A stretch of 64,000 bases of DNA from Paraspadella gotoi (taxonomy: Eukaryota; Animalia; Chaetognatha): contig CM119268.1 of assembly GCA_051294375.1 (NCBI GenBank), positions 22,881,427-22,945,426 of the forward strand, read 5' to 3'. A program made the translations under genes and the position numbers. Shown here in pieces: positions 14,201 through 26,964 of this stretch. The notes beneath the pieces are model-generated. The model was not told the DNA's origin. It worked only from the letters and a program-made list of their open reading frames with translations, and searched no databases. Every line of letters starts with the position of its first letter. Positions within the stretch are counted from its first letter, which is position 1.

Positions 14201-15331
14201 CCTTCCGTCGAATCCCTCGGATTTCCTCTCTTACATTAAAGACGTTTTCGATCATTTAAGTTGGAATCTGACGACGACAACGACGACGCCAGCATCAACG
14301 TCTTCGCCTCAGTCGCCATCTCGACTTAATCCTTTTGACGTCAAATCGACCGAGAAACGAAATGAGGAAAAGTCGTCGTCATCGTCGTCGTCATCGTCGT
14401 CGTTCATATTTCGTCAGCTCATCCAAATGTTGTCCGTTTACGACTGGAGTCTTTTTCCAGAATATCGGTGAGTAAAACGAAATAATTTATAATTTGACGC
14501 CAGAAATGAAAAAAAAAATCTCTTCATTTTCTATTTTCCTCTTCCTCCCATCTCTTCATCTCTCTCCACAGTTCTGTGGCCAAAGACTCTCTCTCCCTCC
14601 TCGCCTCCTCCTCCTCCCTCCCTCTCTCCCTCCTTCCTCCCCTCCTCCTCCAATGGCGCCGCCTCCTCGATCCAGCGACGGAGATCGCCGCCGTCGCCGA
14701 GATCATCGCCGATGTGCAGCCCGACGACGCCGCAGCCGACGCAGCTGCTGCCGCTGTCGACGCTGCCGATGCCGCGGCGACGTCTTCCGTCGTCAGTCCT
14801 TTATCCCCAAAGGACGAGGAGCGATTGACGAGAGCTTTGAGCCTCTTGGCCGACACTTTGGAAAACACGCCCGACTCTTTCGCCGACAACGAAAAGGTTT
14901 TTTTTGTGGAGAAGGCTGTTTCTTAGATTATTAAATTGAGTTCATCAATCTCGTTTGCATATAGTACTAATTTATTTAAAGTGTCATTGGTTTACTTTTC
15001 GTTTCAATATTTGGCGCAGTTTTGGGTTTCTCAATGCTTAATTAATATTTATTTGCTCCTTTAAACAAACTCTCCTTTTCCCCCTCTGTTTTCCTTCATC
15101 CCTTCCTTTCTCTCTCCCCTCTTCTGACCCTTCGACAGTTCCACCCGACCCTCCAAGAGATGATCCCCAGCCTCGTCCTTCCGGGCGTCGCCTGCCGCAG
15201 TCCCGCAGTCAGAGCTGTCGCCGTTCGATGTCTGGGTCTCTTGTCGCTTTACTCCCTTCGCTGCGCCAGACAGCATTTCAACCTTTTCTTTCAAGGTGAC
15301 AGAGAGTGAGGAGAGAGAGGAGAGATAAACT

Positions 15332-15386
<55 letters not shown>

Positions 15387-17780
15387 AATAGTAACTCTTC
15401 GACCCTGCAATCTTCAGCCCTGATGCTGGACACGTCGGAAGTGAAGATCGAAGCCTCTAAGACGATCACGGACTGCCTCTTGGTCTTCGGTCTCAGCTCC
15501 TTCGTCGACGCGGAGATCGTCCTCCCTCAAGGATTCGTCGGCGCGAAGACGACGACGATGACGTCGGCGGAGTCAGATCGGGATGAAGGATTTTTGTCTG
15601 GATTAGAGATGGAGCATGAGGAGAAGTATGTCTCACGTGCGGCATTTAACAGCCTAATACCTTCGACATTAGCAATCTCCTATCTAACATGAATTAGTAA
15701 AATACTTCCATTTGTAAAGCTACAAAACTACAATGAAATATTTGAATATTAATTAGAAAACTAAATTATTAGTAAACCCTATTAAAAGTATTGCTAAAAA
15801 ATTAAAAGGCTTTTATGAAAACCGTTTCAAAAAATATGAGAAATTATCTAAACTGAAACGATATGTAAATGAGTTTAAAGAACTCGATCTCATTGGAAAT
15901 GAACCACAAGTTTTTTTGCTACATATGCTCGTTTTAGACTGTTGTAATTACTGATTAGTTTGTCTATCAGTTTATCAATATGCCATACTAATTAATATTT
16001 AACTTACTCTCAGCATCAAGTACATTCGAAAACGTCGACCGACGAAAAAAAAGGCTGATTCTCTGCTGGAAAACGCGCGTCTCATCTCTGCGTTGGAGGA
16101 GGAGCCGGAGAGCTCGAACCTTACCTCCAAATACTAGTCTCCTTCTTGGAAAAGTGAGTTAGGGAATTCGCTGGCCGTTTTTTGTCTCAATTTTGATCGG
16201 GAAAGAGACGTGGCGTGAAAGTTCATCATCATTCATTTTGAATATTTTTTTGTTGACATTTGACTATTACTTTACTATTTATTTATTTATTGAATATTAC
16301 TTTATTTAATAATATTTTTCCCCCAGTGAAAACCCGACGATCGATAAAATCGTCTCCCTTGGAATCATGAAATTGTTCCTCGCTGAGCGGACGACGTCGC
16401 TTCGTCTTCTTACTCTACTTTTGAAGAGACACTTGACGTTGTCGGACGGAGAGTGCCGCTCTCGCTTCGAGATCTTCGTCGAGAGAATGTCTTCGGCGGG
16501 CGGAGAGAAACAGGTGGGAGAGAGAGGGGGACCGGACGGACCGGACGGGACCCCGCCTCGTTGGTCAATTGTCATTCATGTTTGACCATCTCGATTCCAG
16601 GAGCTTCTCCTCAAAGCCTCCGTCCGCCTTCTCGCCCAATCCGTCGCCTCTAAATCTTCGAATCCGGAATCTCGAGAGAGACTCGCTCAATTATCCTCGT
16701 TGATCGCGCGATCCATTTCCCGATCGGTAAATCTTGACTATAGTATGTACGTTAAAGATCTTTATTTATATCAACATCCCATCACCAGGATGATGAGGAC
16801 GTCCCCTCAGTGCGCCTTGTGCCTCGACTCCATGACGAACTCGCAATCTTTGTCTGCGCGAAATTGCTCAAGGATCCTAAGGGGATTTGGTCCGAGGCTT
16901 TCTTACCACTTCTCGATTTCTTGCAGGTTTTTTTTTGGATATTTGAAAAAAAAAAGCATAGAGTAATCGAAAGGGATTTGTAGTAGTATATTTTATGTTT
17001 TTTCAGCCTTCGTCGCAATCGGCGGTGATGGAACACTGCCGAGATATTCTTACCGATCCCGCTGCGGGTGAAAACGTGCGAAAGATCTTGGCTCGATTCG
17101 CTGGGAAAATGAAGGATCGACGACGAGACGGGGATGAAAAAGATCTGGACGAAACCAACGAAGATGTTCGAAACGACTCGTCCGCGATCCACGAAGATCA
17201 CAACAAAGATACTATTTTTAGAATCGCGGAGAAGAAAAATACGAAGTCGACTCGGGAGGACAAATCGAAGCGAGGGAAGACGAAGGAGGTAAAAAAACGC
17301 GTCGTGGCCAAGAAAGCGTCTTTAAAAACTGCAAATTCAAAGGATGCTACGTCTCGGGCCGCCACATCTCGACGCGCCCCTTCCAAATCGAGAAAGTTAT
17401 CCAAGGAGGCGATGAAAAAATCCGCTGAATCGAAACTAAAGAAAATCGAATTGACTGAAAGGAAAACAAAAAGGGAAAAGACTAAAGACAAAATCGATGA
17501 GACGAAGATTATGAAGAAGAGAAAAGAAGAAATCCGTCCGAAAAAACGTAGCGAGTCAACCGAATCTCGATCGGCGCCTCGTCGCGGAGATTTGAAGAGA
17601 CGCAACGAGGCGGCGTCAACCGTCACCCTCCCGTTTCATCTTGAGAGGTCGACCGGAAAGAGGGCCTGGCGACCGCCGTCGCGATTGATGGACTGTGATT
17701 TGGGAAAACTCGGTTCTGTCGTCGTTGATGCGGGGAAAAAGACGAAACTCGATCCTGTCCTCAGAAAAGGCCGACGATAA
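11238..17780 (+). CDS. NCAPG: Condensin I HEAT subunit CAP-G, divergent; one apparent 1-nt frameshift in exon 16014-16153
   Basis: Motifs RLNDRIPGVRVQAAAALERLQ|DPSDPECPV, DPSPELRR, LSPESAFYW, LVLPGV..VRCLGL, ITDCLLVFG match CAP-G/Ycg1. K/R-rich tail. Confidence 0.85.
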
Positions 17781-18163
17781 GAGAGAGTCCAATGTCTGAG
17801 AGAATTAAAGAATATTGTCAAACTCTTTTGTCAATTACGTAAATTATATTTACGTAATAATCAATCGCTTTTAATTTCGGAAACACCAGTTTTCATAATA
17901 CTCAATATTCAATAATGTTTGGTCGTTTTTACACAATTCTTTTCCGCGATCCTAATTTTTCTTTTTTATACACACGAGTTTTGTTTTAATATTACGGTTG
18001 CGAAATTGCATCTACTTATTTATTCTTGTTTAAGCATGTGATATTTGAAAAAGAAAAACAATTGACCAAAGAAATGACGATGGTTGAGACTCGATTCCTT
18101 CTCCCTCTCTTTTAAATTCTTAATCTTTCTCCGTCGTTATCTCTCTCTCATGCCGTCCCGGCG

Positions 18164-21100
18164 ATGGCGCTCTTCGCGACGCTCCCCTCCGACTCGGCGT
18201 CGTTCGACGGCGTCGCCTCGCCGCGTCGTCGTCGCCGGGCGAGTCAGGACCCCGAGGCGCTCTTCACCAAGTTGGAGCGGATCGGGAAGGGGAGTTTCGG
18301 CGAGGTCTTCAAAGGGATCGAGAATCGAGGGCAGCGGGTCGTCGCCATCAAGATAATCGATCTGGAGGAGGCCGAGGACGAGATAGAGGACATTCAGCAG
18401 GTGGGGGATGGGCTTAGGGATGGGGCTGGTGTCTCTGGTCATTCTTTAACTTTCCTCGCAATTATTTGCAGGAGATTTCCGTCTTGAGCAAATGCGATTC
18501 GTTCTACGTGACCAAATACTTCGGTTCTTATCTGAAGGAGACCAAATTATGGATCATCATGGAATACTTGGGCGGAGGGAGCGCGCTTGATCTCATGAAG
18601 TCGGGTGAGGTGCCGATAATGGGTTCTGATGTATGACATGTTTATTTATGAATAGGAGGAATAAGTTGACATTTTTTGGTCAATGACCAAAAAGTTTCAA
18701 CTTATTCAACTTAATGGTCATTGATGCTGGATTGTTCATTATTGAAAGCTATTTAAACTTAATCTCAATCACTTTCTCTTTTTCTTCGTCATCCCAACTC
18801 TCTCTGCATCCTCCCAAAGGTTCCTTCGAGGAGGTCTACATCGCCACGATCCTCCGCGAGGTCCTCCGCGGCCTCGAGTATCTCCACGGCGAGAACATCC
18901 TCCACCGGGACGTAAAGGCGGCCAACATCCTCGTCAGCGAAACGGGCGACGTCAAGTTGGCCGACTTCGGAGTCGCCGCCCAAATCACGGGCACAACTTC
19001 GCGGCGCAACACCTTCGTGGGCACGCCCTTTTGGATGGCACCGGAAGTGATCAAGCAGAGTTTCTACGACGCCAAGGCCGACGTCTGGTCGCTCGGCATC
19101 ACGGCCATCGAATTGGCCAAAGGGGAACCCCCTCACGCCGATCTGCATCCCATGAAGGTCCTCTTCCTCATCACGAAGAACAATCCGCCGCAGCTCTGCG
19201 GGAATTTTTCGCGGGTGAGAAAGCGGAAGGGGGGCGCGATCATGAATTGGTTGGGGTCAAAGATCAATCTTCGCCAATGTATTGTTTTGGCAATCTCATT
19301 TGACACAAGTTTAAGGATTTTGTTACCTCGGCCGTGAGAGAGTCTTGATTGAAAGCTTGAAAGGTATTGCTGTTGGACATAAACTTATTATTATTTTATT
19401 ATTATGTTATTGTTTTGTAAGAGAGATGGAGGACTTAACACACCATCATAGCCATCCATCCATTCATAGCCATCCATCATAGCCTGTCCAAAGTCAGTCG
19501 GAAAATACCTGTTTTATGAAAGATATCCCATTCCTCATACAGTAAACTACCTTATAACAGAGTATAATGTATTATAATTAACTGCCTTTTTCTTCAGGCC
19601 TTCAAAGAGTTCGCTGAGATTTGCCTGAACAAAGACCCGACGAACAGACCCTCGGCCAAAGAATTGCTCAATCATCACTTCATTCGACGAACGGCAAAGA
19701 AAACCTTTTACCTCACGGAACTCATCGAGAGAAACCGACGGTGGAAGGCCAACGGTGAGACGATTCCGTTCCGGAGCTTGGTCGACATTTGCTTCGATGC
19801 TTGTGGTCATTTATCTAACTGGGTCCCCCCCCCCAATTTTTCGCAGGCGGCGGCCTAGACGACGACTCCAGTTCTGACGAGGACGACGAACCGATGGGCG
19901 GCGGGACGGTCAGATCCGACGTCGGCTGGGATTACCCGACCCTTACAGGTTTGATAATTTGACGGCCGATCAAGATCTAAGATTCTAAAGCGTTATTTTC
20001 AAATAAGATCGCGTTCTTCAATCTCCGTTTGCATATTGTAGCATTAGATTACTTTTAATGTGTTTTGATTCAATTTTTTTATGTAAAGGGTTTTCTTTAA
20101 TAAAATTATTATTCTTTAATTAAATTAGGGATACGTTTAATAATATTTAACTAAGATCAGTTTAAGATTCGATATTACAAATGATGATGATGATGATGAT
20201 GATGATGTCCCACTGATCGTGATTCCAAATCCTTTCGCCCTTCAGGTCATTCGTCCGCCGTCGCCGTCTCGAGTCTTTCGTCGATGATCGAACCCAACAA
20301 ATCGTCGCTCCACGACGCCGGCGCCGCCTTAACAAACGGCGCCGGACCGCGCCGAGTCATCAACGCAGGCGACGCTCGTATCAACGGCTTTGACCCGCGA
20401 CTCCGCCCCGACAACGTCGACGAGGCGTTGGCGCGGTCGGCGCGGACCCAATTGTTGGTAACGGCGCCGCGACCGACGTCTCCTTCGCCGGCGGAACTCA
20501 GACGCGTCGCCAACGAGATCGTCATCAACAACGGCGTCCCGGCGCGAATCAAGAACGAGGTCGTCGTCGTCGGGAGAGACGACGAGCGGCGATTTTTGGA
20601 CAACTCCGGGCGACGGGACGACGTTCGTACGCGAAACGGCGACGGTAAATCTCGTCCGCCGCGCGTCGAGAGCGCCGTCATCGTCGGCGGCGATTGGCGG
20701 CAGAAGCAGTCGGCGGCGTCGACGGCGGCGGCCGCGGCTGTGGCGTCGGCGGCGGATAAACGGCTGACGAGATCCGCCTCGAACATCAGCGTTGTTCAGG
20801 TTTCGTCTTATTCTTATTTAATGATTTAGTTATAGTCGTGTTGACGTTGACATTGCATCTCATCAAGTTAGCGTTTCCGTTCATGTTAGTTTAACAGAGT
20901 ATTCTTGTTATGGGGCGAATCCTGCCTATCCCCTCACTGGTAAAGATGAGGGCGGCTCGTGACAAAAAAGGGTGACACGGAGAGTCACAGCGTCGCTGAA
21001 CGTCTCGAATTGATAGTTCGCGGGAAACTTTGCATCGACAGTCTGTTTCTTCTCGATATTTTCTTATTCGACAGGAGGCTACAAAATATTGTACTTTGCT

Positions 21101-21969
21101 AGTTCCGCGAATCATTTTATTAACTTACCGTCCCCCCCCACCCGTCTCTCCCTCAAGGTGAGTCAAGACGACGACGGTCAACCACCTCACCCTCATCGCT
21201 CCGCCTTCGTCTCCACCATCATTCCTCTTCTCGATCGCATCTCCGTCGCTCATCCTCGCTTCGCCGACGACGACGACGTCCTCCACCGAGTCCCCGGCGC
21301 CGCCGACGACGTCCTCCACCGAATCCCCGGCGCCGACTTTTACCTCGACGCTAACGGGAATTCCGTGGCGGCGCCGTCGCCCGGCGCGTCGGCTGCGGCG
21401 CTGACGTCGGTGGCGACGGTGTCGACGTCGCGACCCTCGACGCAGCATTTGGTCTCTCAGGTTCGGATTATTGGTTTGAATGAAATTTGTATGAAATTGG
21501 TAATGCCAATGTAAAAATAATCTTGCCCCTGACTTTGGGTCAAGGCCTCCGTCCCTCTTACAAGTTTACAATCAAGACTATCTCGCCGTCTCGTTTATTG
21601 ACTACCAGAGAACCTGACTTCCCTATCAATGAAGTGCTATAACGTTTCAAAGAATGTTTTAATTGTATAAAAGGACCTCTCTCTTAAGTATTAGATCCAC
21701 ACTAGCATCACAATGCACGGAGTTGAATTTTATTAGTATTGGTAAATTGAGAAGTGATCACTTTGTCACTCTGACCTCTCCCCCCCCCCACAAAGGTGGA
21801 GAAGGCGGTCTCGGATCTTCGTCAAGCCTTCGCCGTCGTCGACGTCCGCGCACCAGGATTTCTCGACATCTTCCTCGAGCGCCTCGTCCGCCACGTGGTC
21901 TCCTTGGAGACGGGAGACGAGCGGAAGTTGGCTCGAGGGATCGAGATGGTGCGGGGGAGGTTTGGCTGA
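18164..21969 (+). CDS. GckIII: GCKIII-family STE20 kinase (STK24/25/26-like) with C-terminal CCM3-binding helices
   Basis: [67 protein letters not shown]-terminal [14 protein letters not shown]. Confidence 0.93.
20906..21083. mobile_element. Short TG...CA-bounded GC-rich intronic insertion (solo-LTR-like)
   Basis: TGTTATGG...GGCTACA. Shares AATCCTGCCTA and GTGAC..GGGTG.CAC with 32404-32639. No clear TSD. Confidence 0.35.
21481..21685 (-). mobile_element. Repeat family A copy
   Basis: Reverse complement of the 60535-60789 consensus. Confidence 0.75.
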
Positions 21970-22984
21970 TTCGCCGGGGTCTCAATGGGCTTTTGTGCGT
22001 GACCCGAATCGGGTTGTTGGTCCATTCCGGGATTCGGACGATTTGTGGAAACCTCTCCGGAGCAAAAAGGACGATGGATTAAATGCTAATTGATTAACCG
22101 ACGAAACTATTTTCATTTTCAAGAATTAAATTTCTCCTCTGACCAAAATCTAGCAGCCTTAGTTTTATATCGACTTATATATTTACATTGAACGCGTTAT
22201 CCTGAGACTATTAATATAATCAAAGCTCAAAACTGACATTTTCTTATCTGATTATTCGCGCCGACGAATTAATGCATTGATAATGCCATTATTACTAAAA
22301 ATGGGTATATCGTCTCTTCTTTCATAAAAAATTGTAATCATTTCGCTTCGACAATCTTGATCTTTAAAGTTTATGATGCGAGTGACGCTACGATTTAATA
22401 CTTATCCTCGCGGGGAAGAAAAATCTCCCGTTGACCGATCGGTTCTTTTGAAATCATAACTTTTCCAGTGATATTATACTTCGTGCCTTTTCCCGCTCTT
22501 TTTCTCTCTTTCGTTCCGCTTTTTATTTTCGTTTACTATTTTCTAATTCTATTGACAATATTTTAATCTTACACATTCCAAATATAAATCAAAAAAAACT
22601 TTTTTCTTTTGAGTTTCCAAAGACGCTATATAATTTGGCTCGAGTTTTGTCGTTTATGTCGCTCTCTTTATCACTAGATTATCCATACCACCTTTATTAA
22701 ATCACTGTTTTCATACATAAAGTACTACACGGATTTTTACGTAGTTTTTTTAGTAATCTATTGAATGCCTGATCAGAAAAAAAAATTAAGTTATATGAAG
22801 TTACTTAACAATATTAGAAACTAACCTTTATTTTACGACTTTCTCATTGTGTTGTTATGCCTTTTGCGTATATATCTCCTACGTTCGACTTATGCGTTCT
22901 CCTATTCTTTCAATTTTTTTTTCAGTCAAATGCAATAATAAACTTGTTGAGTGTCCAGTCCAAAGATTAATCCATTTAATAAAG

Positions 22985-24700
22985 ATGACGGTGACGACCT
23001 CCTCTTCCCTTCCCAAACGCGTCTTCATCGGCCGCCTTCCCGACGGCGCCACCTCCCTCAATCTCCGCACCCTCTTCTCACCTTTTGGCCGCGTCGATGA
23101 CGCCGAAGTCCGCGGCGCCTTCGGCTTCGTTTCCTTGGCGACGGAGGACGAGGCACGAGCCGCCATCGCCGCTCTTGACGGCACGGAATTACGCGGTCGC
23201 CGCCTCCAAGTCGAGTCCGCCCGCCCCAAGGGTTCGTCGACGGGGCGGCGCGGCGGCGATTGCGACGGACGCGACACTTCGGTCAAACTCTACGTCAACC
23301 GCGTGGCGTCTCTCTCCGAAGAGGATCTCCGCCGTATCTTCGAAGAGTTCGGTCGCGTCGTAACTTGCGAAAAGCATCACCGCAACCAACATGTTTGTTT
23401 CGTGAGACTCGAGACTTACTTCGCCGCCTCCAAAGCGACGACGAAGTTGCACCGGACGAAACTTCCCGGATCGGATCAGATCTCCGTCGTCGAGTTAGCC
23501 AACGACAACAAAGTCTTCGGCATCCCGCTCTCGGCTTTCGTCCGTCGAGGAGAGATCGTCAAGCTCTTCGTGGGTAACCTGGTCGAGGGATGCGCCGCCG
23601 ACGTCTTGGCTCGCCTCTTCGAACGCTTCGGTCCCGTCGACGAGGTCATCCTCATTTCCGGGAAAAGCTTCGGCTTCGTCAAGATGTTGAGCCAGGAGCA
23701 CGCCGAGGCCGCCGTCGCTGGGTTGGATCGCCACGAGTTTCTTGGCAAACCGCTTAAGGTGGCCTTCTCGGTCAAAAATGGCCCGCGAGGATCGAGCCAG
23801 TGGCATGCGGGGGCGTTGGACGAAAGCGAGAATGTCTTCGACGTGCGATCTATCGGAGAAAGGCATGGTTATAGCCGTCCGTTGGGATTTTCTGCATCTA
23901 TGACGTCTGGTGGACGATCGATGGGCTCTCGCTCGGTGATGCCGCGTCTCTCTGGTTTTCGTCGCGATTCCGAGTCGGACTTTTTTCGCGGCGTCGGATG
24001 GCGTTCCGATTTCGGACGAAGCGGCGCCGGTTTGGGCGCCGATCTGGGACGAACCGGCGCTTTTTGGCGCGACGGGCTTTTGGATCGACGACCTCGACCC
24101 GAAGTCAACCGTCGATCGCGTCTCGACTCTCTTCAAGAGGTCTTTGGCCCCAGGGGGATCCCCTACAGGACCCGCCGCGATCCGGGATCTCCCAGCCCTA
24201 CCGGACGCGTCAGGCGCAGCCCGACCGGACGCGTCAGGCGCAGCCGCAGCCGCAGCCCGATCGCGGGCGAAACGAGCGGACGACGACGGATTTGGACCGA
24301 GAATCTCCATTACGGAAGAGAAGAGGAACATAGGGCGACCAGACCCACGGTCCGCTTCGAAGACGAATCCACGGACGAGGTCCGAGATCGAGTCGCCGCG
24401 ACGACCGTACGATTCCGCGACGAACCCATGGAACAGGCCGTCCGCTTTCAAGACGACCTTTCCAGAGTCGGAATGCGGTTCGACGATATTGGCAACTCCG
24501 GCGCCCTTTCCTTTGAAGGAGGTTTTCGAAAAGATTCTTACGGCGTCAGTTTCGCGACGCCAACTAAGACGACGACGGAGAGCGATAGGGATGACCCGAG
24601 ATCGTCGTTCAACCCCAGCTCTTACAACAACGACTACAACAGCATCGCCTCCGCTAAATACAGCTCCATCATGTCGATGCCACCGAGGATGAAATATTAG
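22985..24700 (+). CDS. Intronless RNA-binding protein with three RRMs and an R/S/D-rich tail (lark/RBM4-like RRMs)
   Basis: RNP2/RNP1 pairs VFIGRL/GAFGFV, LYVNRV/HVCFV, LFVGNL/KSFGFV. Single open exon; RSRSRSP segment. Confidence 0.85.
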   Translation: MTVTTSSSLPKRVFIGRLPDGATSLNLRTLFSPFGRVDDAEVRGAFGFVSLATEDEARAAIAALDGTELRGRRLQVESARPKGSSTGRRGGDCDGRDTSVKLYVNRVASLSEEDLRRIFEEFGRVVTCEKHHRNQHVCFVRLETYFAASKATTKLHRTKLPGSDQISVVELANDNKVFGIPLSAFVRRGEIVKLFVGNLVEGCAADVLARLFERFGPVDEVILISGKSFGFVKMLSQEHAEAAVAGLDRHEFLGKPLKVAFSVKNGPRGSSQWHAGALDESENVFDVRSIGERHGYSRPLGFSASMTSGGRSMGSRSVMPRLSGFRRDSESDFFRGVGWRSDFGRSGAGLGADLGRTGAFWRDGLLDRRPRPEVNRRSRLDSLQEVFGPRGIPYRTRRDPGSPSPTGRVRRSPTGRVRRSRSRSPIAGETSGRRRIWTENLHYGREEEHRATRPTVRFEDESTDEVRDRVAATTVRFRDEPMEQAVRFQDDLSRVGMRFDDIGNSGALSFEGGFRKDSYGVSFATPTKTTTESDRDDPRSSFNPSSYNNDYNSIASAKYSSIMSMPPRMKY

Positions 24701-25259
24701 ATCTTACATCGATTCGCGAAAAAATGTTAATTAACTGTTATTTATATAAATAATTTATACATAAAATTAAAATTCTCGCCGTGATGTTTTAAGTAATTAA
24801 GAACGATATCTACAGAATAGTGTTTGATTGACTTTTCTAATTCCCTGTGGGATTTTTTTTTCCAAATCGCCCTTCCATTGAAGGGCTGAATTTTAAAATT
24901 GGTTGCACAATGCACATTAGATAATTGATATATAATTTTATTTTTTACAGACATAGAAATCGCGTTATTATTAAAAACGTTCAGCTACGACCAACGAACG
25001 AATCGAATTTGTCTGGAGCATTTTCCAGCTCCGAACTTCAACGAGAATGATATCGCTCGCTGACTAAACCGGCTCCATCTCCAACATCAACAGCCTCGTC
25101 TCGAGGACAAGTTTAGGACGCTGACCGAGAGAAATAAACGCTGAAATTTAAACTCTAAACACTGCTCTCGCTCATTGTAGTCAAGTTTTGATTATCAACT
25201 ATTGAGGTATAATAGTACATTGCATAGAATTCGAGCATAACTTTCGACTCTTGTCCAGA

Positions 25260-26316
25260 ATGGCGTTAAAACTTTACACGGATCTCCTCTCTCCTCCTTG
25301 TCGCGCCGTTCAACTTCTTATGGCGATAAACAAAATCCCTTTCGAGTCGATCAGAATCGATATCGGAAAGAAGCGTCAGTTTTCTCCCGAGTTTCTCGCC
25401 GTCAACCCTTTCCACAAGATCCCCGTCCTCGTCGACGGAGACACGAAGGTCTTGCAGAGTTCGGCCGCCTTGCGATACTTGGCCGCCACTCGAGACCTAC
25501 CCAGTCACTGGTATCCGCTGAAGGATCCCAAACAATGCGCGGCAGTGGAAGAGTTCCTCCACTGGCAACATCGAAACCTTTTTCTCAACGGTGAGAGGTG
25601 GATCATTTAATCTCGGGTCGTACCTTGGCCTCTCTGCCTTTTCTTTTGGCCTCTCTGCCTTTTCTTTTGGCCTCTCTGCCTTTTCTTTTGGCCTCTCTGC
25701 CTTTTCTTTTGGCCTGGGGGGGGGAAGGATCGTCAATTTAGTGATCAGTGATCATCTCTTCATCGCCCAATCCCCCCCAGCCGTACGAGTTTTTGTGACG
25801 GCGTTCAGCATTCCGAATCTAGAGAAGAAGACGCCCAATTTCAAAACTGTTCACAGCTGGGTCAAACTTTTCCGATATTCCTGCAGGTTTGGTTTTGACA
25901 GATGTTGTAAATCTTTGGCTCGTCTCTCTCTGAGCCACGCCCCCTTTTCATTCAATCAATCAGAGAAGTGGAAAACGTGTTTCTTTCTTCCGGTGATTTC
26001 ATCGGCAATCGATCGGAGATCAGTGTCGCGGATTTGGTCGCTCTCACGATCCTCGAGAATCCGCTCGCTCTCGGCTTCGGATTAGGTTCTTAGAATATCT
26101 GTAATAAAACGTTGACATGACATGACATGTCACACAGGCTTTCTTTACTTTTTTTGGGTGATTTCGTTCAAAGAGGAAACTCCCAAACTCCGTGATTACG
26201 TCGAGAGAGTGATCGAAGCGACGCAACCACATTTCGACGAGACGCATAAAATCCTCGCCATCGTAGAATCGAAATTCGCAGACGGAATTCAAAAAGGTTC
26301 TAATAATATTATTTAG
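25260..26316 (+). CDS. Glutathione S-transferase, theta class (4 exons)
   Basis: LYTDLLSPPCRAV (catalytic Ser), NPFHKIPVL, HWYP, EEFLHWQH, ISVADL. Splice phases are consistent. Confidence 0.9.
25625..25714. repeat. 21-bp tandem repeat x4 (TTGGCCTCTCTGCCTTTTCTT) in GST intron 1
   Basis: Seen directly. Confidence 0.9.
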
Positions 26317-26964
26317 ATATTATTATTAGATATTAACCAACTCGGTCTGAATGTTATATCATCCGACGTTAATTTTTTTTCGGTGGAAATCTTAGGTTAT
26401 CGAGAGTACACCTCAAATCTTTCGAAAGAAGACGACGACGACGACTTGGGAATGTCCATCGCCGCTTTGAGCAAAGGCACGATTCCTATTTGAGTTTGTG
26501 AGCCGAACGTTTAGCTTCTTGCAAATCGACCTTTTATCCACGTCTCTTTTAAATTTGCCCCTGGGACCGTAGGTGCTGGTTCTTCTCGAAGTCATGAGAA
26601 TTAAACGTCGCCAAAAAAAAAAAAGATTCCAGTTTGGCGGGAATTTTTCGATCCCACTTACCGTCAGCGTCCGGGAGTTGATTCTTTTTTGCTAGTCCTT
26701 GCTTCTCTTGAGCCGTTGTGGATTTTATACCCATGATTAAATTTGTTTTTGTTATTATTATCAGCTGATTTTGATTTTATTTTCACACAATCAGGATTTT
26801 CTCTTTTTATACAAATCTTTATAAAAATGTCATCCAAAAGACAATTGACGACGGTCGGTTTACTTTGACCGAGTGACATTTGACGACAGGAGGAGAAAAT
26901 AAAATGTGATTTGAAACCCGGAAAAAAAAAACCTGATTAAAACCAAAAAAGGGGGAAAAAAACG

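Noticed and set aside
20181-20215. TGATGA...CTGA C/D-box-like pair
   Set aside because: Derived from an (ATG)n microsatellite, with spacing too short for a snoRNA.
23495-24451. Long antisense ORFs over GC-rich exons (also 29623-30288, 36060-36698, 20247-20786)
   Set aside because: Shadows of GC-rich sense codons, with no independent protein features.
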